DNA from: an uncultured Actinomycetota bacterium
GTDB taxonomy: Bacteria > Actinomycetota > Actinomycetes > JAHEKZ01
Direction: 5' to 3'
Assembly (NCBI GenBank): GCA_963726755.1
Contig: CAVSDB010000002.1
Location: 154,889 to 218,888 of the forward strand
Length of the DNA: 64,000 bases
In this document: positions 12,771-21,712 of the stretch, piece by piece
Numbering within the stretch: position 1 is the stretch's first letter
Layout of the letters: each line of letters starts with the position of its first letter
Program-made: the position numbers and the translations under genes
Notes under the pieces: model-generated
Seen by the model: only the letters and a program-made list of their open reading frames with translations
Told to the model about the DNA's origin: nothing
Databases searched by the model: none

Positions 12771-12809
12771 TCAGGCCACGCGCCGTCCAACTACGAGAAT
12801 CTTGTACAC
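12771..12809 (-). CDS. ilvL: ilvB leader peptide (GTG start) [12 protein letters not shown]
   Basis: A 12-codon ORF rich in Ile/Leu/Val lies about 25 nt upstream of the terminator hairpin. It resembles known actinobacterial ilvB leader peptides. Confidence 0.5.
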   Translation of the reverse strand: MYKILVVGRRVA

Positions 12810-12879
12810 GTTTATAGGGTCGACCCCACGTCCGGTTGAGTCAAGCCTCGGAGCGTTCCGTCTCAGTATCTGGACGTCG

Positions 12880-13320
12880 TCAGGAGTTCGCGGCGTCTAA
12901 TCGCCGTTGTGACCAGTGGCTGACCTCGTAACTGATCACCAGGACGATGGGAGTTGCGAGCACTGCCATAGCCATGGCACCCGCGAGCACTCCTCGCCAT
13001 GGCTTTTCGCTCGCCGCACGTGCTCCGATCAGCGCGAGGCCGAGCGCAATCGCGCCGGCCAAGAAACATCAGACGCAAGGATAGATCGGGTAGTAGCCAT
13101 ATCCCTGTCGGGCCGGCACTCTCGAAGTTCCGGAGGTAATCACGGCCGAGCGTCGAGGTCGCTCGTAGTTGACGTGCTGGCCATTGGCCCAGACTGCCGC
13201 GATCAGACTGCCCACGATGCAGATCCCCGAGATGACGAACGACGCGTCCAGCGCGATTCGAGATCTGATCAGTTCGTCGTTGTGCCGCGTGGGGTGAACG
13301 TCACTCATGCTCTGGACCAT
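12880..13320 (-). CDS. Small membrane protein (about 3 TM), split by one in-frame TGA at 13066-13068
   Basis: ORFs 13069..13320 and 12880..13062 are in the same frame and both contain hydrophobic TM-like stretches. A single TGA codon separates them. Confidence 0.3.
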
Positions 13321-13508
13321 CGAGGCCCTCCTAGCGTTGGATTACTAGGTTCCCACTCGCGACGACGAAAAAGGCGCGATTACTGAATACACCGAGCCTT
13401 CGCCACAGGCGGCTAGTCGCAGACGGCGCCTTGGGCTGCTGAGCCGACCAGCCGGGCGTACTTGGCCAGCACTCCGCGGGTGTAGCGAGGCGGCTGCGGC
13501 TGCCAACC

Positions 13509-15096
13509 CTACTTCCGCTTCGCCAACTCGGCGTCGTCGACGAGTAGGTCCAACGTCCGGGTGCTCATGTCCAGCCGGATGCGATCGCCGTTCGCGACGT
13601 AGGCGATGGGTCCACCCTTCGGCGCTTCGGGAGCGACATGGCCGATGCAGAATCCAGCAGTAGCGCCGGAGAATCGTCCGTCGGTGACGAGCATGACGTC
13701 CTTGCCCAGTCCGGCTCCCTTGATCGCAGCCGTGACCGCGAGCATCTCGCGCATCCCTGGACCACCGACCGGACCTTCGTAACGGATCACGACGACGTCG
13801 CCGGCCTCGATCTGACCGTGGGTGACAGCAGCCATCGCGTCCTTTTCGTCGTCGAAGACCTTTGCGGTGCCCTCGAACACTGGTCGGTCGATGCTGGCCG
13901 CTTTGATGACTGCCCCTTCTGGCGCCAGCGACCCCTTGAGGATGGCTAGTCCGCCGGTCGGATGAATCGGCGTCGCGACGCTGACGATCACCGTGCCGTC
14001 CGGCTTTGGCGGATCAAGTTCGTCAAGGTTCTGCGCAAGCGTCCGGCCGGTCACCGTCATCACGTCGCCGTGCAGCAGTCCGGCGTCCAGCAGTTCACGC
14101 ATCACGACAGGCACGCCACCGATGCGGTCGATGTCGTTCATGACGAAACGTCCGAACGGCTTGACGTCTGCCAAGTGCGGCGTGCGATCGCCAACCCGGT
14201 TGAAGTCGTCGATGTCGAGATCGAGTTCGGCCTCATGGGCGATGGCCAACAGGTGCAGCACAGCATTCGTCGAACCACCGAGCGCCATGACAACGGCGAT
14301 CGCGTTCTCAAACGCCTCCATCGTCATGACGTCGCGGGCGGTGATGCCCTTGCGCAACAACTCGACGACGGCTTCTCCGGAACGGAACGCGTACTCGTCA
14401 CGTCGTTTGTCGACGGCGGCCGGAGCCGCACTGCCCGGCAGCGACATGCCCAACGCCTCACCGACACTGGCCATGGTGTTCGCGGTGAACATCCCGCCGC
14501 ACGCGCCTTCACCCGGGCACGCCTGACGTTCGATCTCGTCGAGTTGACCTTGAGTGATGCGACCAAGTGCACAAGCGCCGACGCCTTCGAACGCGTCTTG
14601 GATCGTGACGTCCTTGTCGCCCACCCGACCCGGGAGGATCGATCCCGCGTAGACGAAGACGCTCGAGAGGTCGAGCCGGGCAGACGCCATCAACATGCCG
14701 GGCAGCGACTTATCGCAGCCCGGCGAACGTGACCGACCCGTCCATGCGCTCGGCGTGGATGACGGTCTCGACCGAGTCAGCGATCACCTCGCGACTGACC
14801 AGTGAGGCTCGCATGCCCTCGTGACCCATTGAGATGCCGTCGGACACCGAGATCGTGCCGAACTCCATCGGGAATCCACCAGCGGCGAAGACGCCTTCCT
14901 TCGCCTTTGCCGCCAACCGCTTGAGCGACAGATTGCACGGCGTGATCTCGTTCCAACTCGACGCGATGGCGATCTGCGGCTTGTCCCAGTCCTCATCGGT
15001 CATCCCGACGGCGCGCAACATCGCACGGTTTGGTGCGCGCTCCATGCCGTCGGTGACGTCGCGACTGCGCGGCTTGATGTCAGGCGTCTGGCTCAT
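13509..15096 (-). CDS. ilvD: Dihydroxy-acid dehydratase, frameshift near 14700
   Basis: The N-terminus ([31 protein letters not shown]..., ITPCN) is in ORF 14710..15096. The remainder is in ORF 13509..14696. Confidence 0.85.
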
Positions 15097-15725
15097 GGGT
15101 CGAGCCTACGGTTACCCAGACGTCCGCCACTTCATGGCCTCGACGCAAGCCTCGGGCCTCGAACTTGGTCACTGGACGATCCGCCGGACGCGGCGCGAAT
15201 CCGTCGTAGGGATTGACCAGGGCGTCGTTCGCCGCGAATACCTTGACCATTTGTTTGGCGTAACCGGGATCGTCGGTAGCGCAGTGGATGAACGCTCCTG
15301 GCGCTAACCGGGAGATCAACAGTTCAACGAACGGTGCCTGGACGAGGCGACGCTTTTGCTGTCGGATCTTCGGCCAGGGATCGGGAAAGTAGATCCTGGC
15401 GCCGGCCAGCGAATCGGGCGCGATCATCAGATCGAGCACCTCGACCGCATCACCCACGATCGCGCGGACGTTGTCGACACCAGCCTGCTCAGCGTGGGCG
15501 AAGAGACTGCCGATCCCCGGCGTGTGGACGTCGATGGCCAAGATGTCGACGTCAGGTGCGGCCGACGGCCTGCTCGACGGTGGTTGCGCCCATGCCGCTG
15601 CCGATGTCGATCACCAGCGGCGCCATCCGTCCAAACGACTGCGCGGGATTCCAGACGGTCTCCTGCATCGGGACCAGCCACTGATCGCTGAGTCGGTCGA
15701 ATGCGTCGCTCTGGGTGGCGGTCAT
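15080..15725 (-). CDS. trmB: tRNA (guanine46-N7)-methyltransferase, frameshift near 15545
   Basis: N-terminus [16 protein letters not shown]...VIDIGSGMG is in ORF 15552..15791. The C-terminus ([11 protein letters not shown]..., HCATD) is in ORF 15080..15541. Confidence 0.75.
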
Positions 15726-15783
15726 CCGACGACGCCGCCCGTTGAACGTACGAATTCGTGGGTGGGCCGACGCCGGCCCGCCG

Positions 15784-16071
15784 CTAGCCACCAGCGACAG
15801 AAGGGATCACCAGGACGTGCGCACCATCGCTGAGGGCGGTCTGCTCCGTCTGCAATGCCCGGATGTCGACGCCGTCTGCGTACACGTTGACGTAACGACG
15901 CAGTCCGCCGGTCTCGTCACGGATTCGACGCTCAAGCACCGGATGAACGCCGCCGACGACGTCGAGTACCTGTCCGACGGTGGCCTGTTCACCGTCAACA
16001 GAGATGCACAGTTCACGACGTCCACCGACTAGGTCGGCGAGCGTGGCTGGTAGTCCCAACCGAACGTTCAT
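15784..16071 (-). CDS. MoaD/ThiS-family beta-grasp sulfur-carrier protein (C-terminal GG)
   Basis: The last 95 aa of ORF 15784..16830 begin at MNVRLGLPATLADL and end ...VIPSVAGG. This is typical of MoaD/ThiS/CysO-type carriers. Confidence 0.7.
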   Translation of the reverse strand: MNVRLGLPATLADLVGGRRELCISVDGEQATVGQVLDVVGGVHPVLERRIRDETGGLRRYVNVYADGVDIRALQTEQTALSDGAHVLVIPSVAGG

Positions 16072-17164
16072 CGTCACGCCCACCTGAGCCGCGCGGACGC
16101 ACAGTACGTCCGGCAGATGCGCAGTGGCTTGCGACCAGTTCTGTCCTGCGTCGGGACTGCTCCACACTTCGCCCGATCGAGTACCGAAGTAGACCCCGAC
16201 TGGGTCGAGGTCGTCGACGGCGAGAGCGTCGCGCAGCACGATGGAATAGAAGTCCTTGTCAGGTAGTCCCGATGACGCGTCGTGCCAAGTCAGACCCCAG
16301 TCGTCGGTTCGATAGATACCCGCGCGCCCGTTGGCCGGGAAGCGGTCCATGTCGGCATTCAGCGGGAAGCAGAACGCCGGACTATCGCTGGACGCGGCCG
16401 CGGCCAGTCCGAATCCGAAGTTGGCAGGCAGTCCCTCCTCGGCCCGCGTCCACGACTGTCCCCAGTTCGACACTGCGGAAAACACCGCCGTGGTTCTGCA
16501 GCAGCAAGTTGTCCGGTTCTGCCGGGTCGGCGACGACCTTGTGGACGCATTGTCCGTATTCCGGCTCGGCGTCGGGGAGGAACGGCGCCGCCACCCCGCG
16601 GTTGCTTGGGGACCACGAATCACCGCCGTCACCGGTGACGTAGACACCGCCGGTCGACATCGCGACGAGCACGCGGTCGGCCTCCGTCGGGTGAGGCACG
16701 ATCGTGTGCAGACAGTGTCCGCCGGCGCCAGGACGCCAGTCAGGACGGTGCGGGTGGTCCCACAAGGCTCTGACCAGGCTGTAGGTGCGACCACCGTCTT
16801 CAGAACGAAAGACCGCTGCTGGCTCAACACCGGCCCACACCTCGTCAGGTCGATCAGCCGGGCCAGGACGTAACTGCCAGATCTGCTCTACGGCGGCCTC
16901 GGTATCTGGCGGGAAGGCGATTGAGCCGCCGGTTTCTTCGTGCCATGACTTGCCGAGATCGTCAGAGGTAAAGACCGCCGGACCCCAGTGCTCGTTACGT
17001 CCGCCGGCGAGCAGTCGCGGGGTCGATGAACGAGTGTCGATCGCTACCGCGGCGACCGCCGCCATCGCATGATGCGGTCCGTCCCACGTCCAGTTGATGC
17101 GATCAGAACTCCGTCCGAGGAAGAGTCCCTTCTTGGTGCCAGCGGCTAACAGCACGTCACCCAT
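16072..17164 (-). CDS. BNR/Asp-box repeat beta-propeller protein (sialidase/Ycf48-like), frameshifted; no stop before the downstream MoaD in the current frame
   Basis: Repeated S-x-D-x-G-x-T-W motifs (SDDLGKSWHE, SEDGGRTYS, TGDGGDSWS, TDDWGLTWHD, SPDAGQNWS) span ORFs 16382..17311 and 15784..16830. Confidence 0.6.
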
Positions 17165-17199
17165 ATGTGTTTGCCTCCCGCGGTGAAGTCTTCCGTCAG

Positions 17200-18148
17200 T
17201 TGCGTGTCGATACAAGAGGAAACGACCCACTGTTCCATCTAGTGGGCGATGACATTTTCCAACGGTTCGTTCGTCGCATACCTGTTGAGTTGGTCGCGAA
17301 GCAATCGCCACGCGCGCGGCATGAACGCACTGGTGTCACCACCAACGTGTGGCGTGATGAAAGTGTTTGGCGCGTGCCACAACGGATGCTCCGGTGGCAA
17401 GTGGCTCGGGATCAGTTACGTCTAACGCAGCACGTAATCGCCCCGACTGCAATTCCGATAGCAACGCATCAGTGTCGACAACAGCACCGCGCGACACGTT
17501 GACGAACAACGCGCCGTCTTTGAGTTGCCGCAAGAAATCCTGAATCGATCATGCCTCGCGTCGTTTCGTTGAACGGAACAACAACGATGACGACGTCGGC
17601 CGATGGAAGTAACGACGGCAACTCGTCGACGCCGTGGACTCCGTCTCTGCGCGAACGCGACACCGCGACGACGTTCACCTCGAACGGGCGTCAGTCTGGC
17701 GATCACCGCCGATCCGACAGCGCCCGCGCCGAGGACCAGTACCGTCTTGTCCGCAAGCGCTTCATGGCGACCATGCAGCCAGACGCCCTCGTCTTGCGCA
17801 CGGACGAAGCCAGGGAACCCACGCAGTCCCGAAATGGCCAAGCCAACCGCCAGTTCGGCGGTGCTGGCCTCGTGGACACCGCGCGCGTTACACAGCGTCA
17901 CCCCGCCCGGGATCTGGTCGAGGAGGTGGTCGTAGCCGGCAGTCAGAGTCTGGACAACCTGCGAGGTTGGGCATCTGAGCAATCACGTCAACGACCGAAG
18001 CGGGACCGAGGTACTCAGGTACGTAGAAGGCGACGTCAGCCGGATCCCCGGGAAGGTCGATTCCGTCACGCCAGACCTGTATCTGGCAGCCAGCTGGCGC
18101 CTGGACATGCTCAGCCCAGTCGTCGAAGGGCAGCCAGACCGACCTCAC
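17200..18148 (-). pseudogene. D-isomer-specific 2-hydroxyacid dehydrogenase, at least 3 frameshifts
   Basis: The N-terminus is in ORF 17888..18148 and the NAD-binding GxGxxG region in 17422..17982. LFVNVSRGAVVD...LDVTDPEPL is in 17336..17533, with another fragment in 17469..17678. The 3' end is uncertain. Confidence 0.6.
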
Positions 18149-19656
18149 GAGCCGGACGTGCGCTCAAGAATGAGTTCTCGGACCCGGGCTGCGTCCGCCT
18201 GACCTCGCGTGGCTTTCATGACAGCGCCGACGATGGCGCCGGCTGCTTGCGTCTTGCCGCTTCTGATCTTGTCGGCGACGTCGGGTGAGGCGGCCAAGCG
18301 CCTCGTCGATCGCAGCGAGTAGCGCTCCGTCGTCCGACACCACCTGCAAGCCACGTGCGGCAACGACCTCGTCTGGCGTGCCTTCGCCCTCGATGACGCC
18401 CTCGATCACCTGGCGGGCGAGTTTGTCGTTGAGTGCACCACTCGCGACGATCTCGACCACGCGTGCCACGTCCGCCGGTGTGATGGGTACCTCAGCAAGA
18501 TCGATCGACCGCTCGTTGGCAACACGAGCGATCTCGCCAGTCCACCACTTGCGGGCACTCGCCTGATCGGCACCGAGCTCAATGGTGCGTTCGACGAGTT
18601 CGACTCCCCCGGCGTTGACCAACGACTGCATGTCGTGGTCGCTGATTCCCCACTCGTCACGCAGTCGTTGGCGACGTTGCAGCGGTGGTTCTGGCAGCGT
18701 CGCGCGCAACTCGTCGACCCACTCGTCACTGGGCGCGACGGGAACCAGATCAGGTTCAGGGAAGTAGCGGTAGTCCTCCGACTCCTCCTTGATCCGTCCA
18801 GACGTGGTGCTGCCGTCGTTCTCGTGGAAGTGACGGGTCTCCTGAACGATCGAACCGCCCGATGCGAGACACCGCTGCCTGTCTGCGGATCTCGTGATTG
18901 ACTGCGCGCTCAACCGATCGCATCGAGTTGACGTTCTTCGTCTCGGTGCGCGTTCCGAGTTCGGACGAGCCCTTGGGCTTGAGTGAGAGGTTTGCGTCCA
19001 CTCGCATCGAGCCTTGGTGCATGTGAGCGTCTGAAACGCCCAGCGCGACGATCAGTTCACGCAGTTCATTCGCATACGCCCTTGCCACTGCGGGGGCGAT
19101 CTTCGGATCGACCTCGATCGTCTTGGTGACGATTTCGATCAACGGCACGCCCGCACGGTTGTAGTCGACCAACGAATAGTCGGCACCCTGGATACGTCCG
19201 GTGGCACCCACCGACGTGCGTCGACTTACCGGTGTCTTCCTCCATGTGCGCGCGTTCAATTTCGACGCGAACCGTCGTTGGCCCTTTCTCGGTATCAAGA
19301 GAAATGTCGAGATAGCCATCGAACGCGATCGGCTCGTCGTACTGCGAAGTCTGGAAGTCCTTGGGCATGTCTGGGTAGAAGTAGTTCTTGCGCGCGAACC
19401 TCGACCACGGCGCGATGGAGCAGTTCAGCGCCAGCCCGATCCGGATCGCGGACTCAACCGCCTTCGCGTTGACCACGGGCAGCGCACCTGGCAGACCAAG
19501 GCAAACCGGACAGACCTGAGTGTTCGGATCGGCACCGAACTCGGTGGGACAGCCGCAGAACATCTTCGACGCTGTGTTGAGTTCGACGTGGACCTCTAGC
19601 CCCATAACCGGGTCGAAGGTGTCGATGGCCGCATCGAAGTCCATGAGTTCGGTCAT
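18145..19656 (-). CDS. gatB: Asp-tRNA(Asn)/Glu-tRNA(Gln) amidotransferase subunit B, two frameshifts
   Basis: N-terminus [28 protein letters not shown] is in ORF 19066..19704. The middle is in 18756..19319 and the C-terminal GatB/YqeY domain in 18164..18913 and 18145..18363. Confidence 0.8.
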
Positions 19657-21159
19657 CGGGCTGCCTCCAACTGCGGAGCTTTCGACAGCAATGGAGCGCC
19701 CCAACGTTCGAGCAGCGCCTGTTCTAGCGCGGCGGCGGCGCGGTACACCAGGTCGTCGCGCTGGACGGCGGCCATGATCTGCACGCCGACCGGTAGATCG
19801 TCATCGCCGAGACCGCCGGGCAGGCTCATGGCCGGGCCGCCGTACAGGGACGACGGCAAGCGTGGCCAGATCCGCCTTGTACATCGCGACCGGATCGTCA
19901 ACGCGGGCGCCGAGTTTGAACGCGACCGTGGGCGTGGTCGGCGACATCAGAACGTCAACGGTCGAGTAGGCGGCCTCGAAGTCGCGACGGATCAGCGTCC
20001 GGACCTTCTGCGCTTGGCCGTAGTAGGCGTCGTAGTAGCCGGCCGAGAGCGCATACGTACCGAGCATGATCCGTCGCTTAACCTCGGCGCCGAAGCCCGC
20101 TGCCCGGGTCATGGCCATCACCTGCTCGACGCTGTGTTCGCCGTCGTCGCCGGTGCGCAAGCCGTACCGCATACCGTCGAAGCGGGCCAAGTTGCTGGAG
20201 CACTCGCTCGGCGCGATCAGGTAGTACGCGGGTAGCGCGTAGTCGAAGGCCGGGCACGAGACCTCGTGGACCTGCGCGCCGAGTTCCTCGACGAGCGCGA
20301 CTGCTTCGTCGAAGCGTGCCTGCACGCCCGGTTCGTAACCTTCGCCTTGCAGTTCCTTGACGACACCGATGCGGAGTCCGGCCAGTCCCCCGTGCTCGCC
20401 GCGAGCAGCAGCAACGACGGCTGGTACCGGCGCGTCGATGGACGTCGCGTCCATCGGGTCCTTGCCCGCGATGACCTCGTGCAGCAACGCGGCGTCCAGA
20501 ACCGTCCGAGCAAACGGTCCAGCCTGGTCGAGTGACGACGAGAAAGCGACCAAGCCGTAGCGCGAGACGCCGCCGTACGTCGGCTTCATCCCGACGATTC
20601 CGGTCACCGACGCCGGTTGCCGGATCGAGCCTCCGGTGTCGGTGCCGATGCCGAGCGGCGCTTCGAACCCCGCCACCGCGGCGCTTGAGCCACCCGACGA
20701 CCCGCCGGGGATCCGCTCGAGGTCCCAGGGGTTCGACGTCGGACCGTACGCGGAGTTCTCGGTCGAAGAGCCCATGGCGAACTCGTCCATGTTGGTCTTG
20801 CCGAGAATGATCACCCCGGCGTCGCGGAGTCGCTTGGTGACGGTCGCGTCGTACGGGGGTCGCCAGCCTTCGAGGATCCGCGAGCCGCACGTAGTAGGGA
20901 TGCCCTTGGTAGCGATCACGTCCTTGAGCGCCAGCGGGACTCCCGCGAGTGGGCCGCGCTGGTCGTTGCCGAGGGCGTCGACGGCACGTGCCGCGTCCAG
21001 CGCCCCTTCGGAGTCGACGTGCAGAAAGGCGTGGAGCCGTCCGTCGACCTGGTCGATCCGGTCCAGATGTGCCTGCGTCACCTCGACCGCCGAGGTCTGT
21101 CCGTCCTTGACGGCGGTCGCGAGCTCGTCCGCTGTCAGCTGCGTGAGGTCAGTCGACAC
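19653..21159 (-). CDS. gatA: Glutamyl-tRNA(Gln) amidotransferase subunit A, C-terminal frameshift near 19850
   Basis: Amidase signature [13 protein letters not shown] is in ORF 19801..21159. The C-terminal tail is in ORF 19653..19901. Confidence 0.85.
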
Positions 21160-21162
21160 CGA

Positions 21163-21459
21163 CTACTCCTCGTCCAGGATTCGCGGAACCCGGAACCGGT
21201 TGTCCTCAGCTGCCGGTGCAGCGGCGAGGGCCTCGTCCGCCGTCAGGCACGGCCCGATTTCGTCCGGGCGAGTCACGTTGACGACCGGAACGGCGTGAGT
21301 CGTGGGGGGTACGTCGTCCGCCGCCACTTCGGAGACCCGGGCCACCGCCCCGAGGATCACCTCGAGTTGCGTCCCCAGATGCGCCAGCTCGTCGTCGGTG
21401 AGATCGAGCCTGGATAACCGCGCCAAGTGCGCGACTTCGGCGGGACTGAGGGAGGGCAT
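21163..21459 (-). CDS. gatC: Glutamyl-tRNA(Gln) amidotransferase subunit C
   Basis: 98-aa [28 protein letters not shown]... directly upstream of gatA. Confidence 0.88.
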   Translation of the reverse strand: MPSLSPAEVAHLARLSRLDLTDDELAHLGTQLEVILGAVARVSEVAADDVPPTTHAVPVVNVTRPDEIGPCLTADEALAAAPAAEDNRFRVPRILDEE

Positions 21460-21607
21460 ACCTAGCCTTCAGGGGGCATTGGGGAGACGCCGATGGACGC
21501 GCCCATCCTAGGCAGTCCTCCATTTCCTAAGAACGACGCGTTCTCCCCTTCTCACGCAACAAACTCCCTATTCATCCTGTGGATGCTGCGGCATCCACAA
21601 CCTCAGT

Positions 21608-21633
21608 CCTGTGGAGGCCGCGGCCTCCACAGG
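21608..21633. repeat. Perfect 26-bp palindrome CCTGTGGAGGCCGCGGCCTCCACAGG
   Basis: Equals its own reverse complement. An identical copy lies at 52969..52994. Confidence 0.9.
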
Positions 21634-21642
21634 CAAAAGGGA

Positions 21643-21668
21643 CCTGTGGATCCCGCGGGATCCACAGG
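21643..21668. repeat. Perfect 26-bp palindrome CCTGTGGATCCCGCGGGATCCACAGG
   Basis: Equals its own reverse complement. An identical copy lies at 52907..52932. Confidence 0.9.
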
Positions 21669-21712
21669 ATGAATGCAGAGTTTGTTCACGAGCGAAGGCC
21701 AAGGAGGGGCGG

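Larger units (their letters stand above)
21559..21684. repeat. Nested palindromic element: outer inverted repeat CAAACTCnnTATTCATCCTGTGGAT enclosing three CCTGTGGA-N-TCCACAGG palindromes
   Basis: 21559..21583 is the near-perfect reverse complement of 21660..21684. The interior contains palindromes at 21576..21599 (imperfect), 21608..21633 and 21643..21668. Confidence 0.8.

Noticed and set aside
20078-20890. 270-aa Arg/Gly-rich ORF antisense-frame to gatA, and many similar long ORFs (for example 1620..2633, 3474..4103 in part, 17551..18288, 47501..48289)
   Set aside because: These are typical spurious open frames of a high-GC genome: low-complexity Arg/Pro/Gly composition, no motifs, and complete overlap with well-supported genes on the other strand or in another frame.
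21576-21668. Possibility that the palindrome cluster is a small CRISPR array
   Set aside because: The units are self-complementary palindromes of slightly different sequence separated by only 8-9 nt, with no uniform-length unique spacers and no cas genes nearby. This is not CRISPR architecture.
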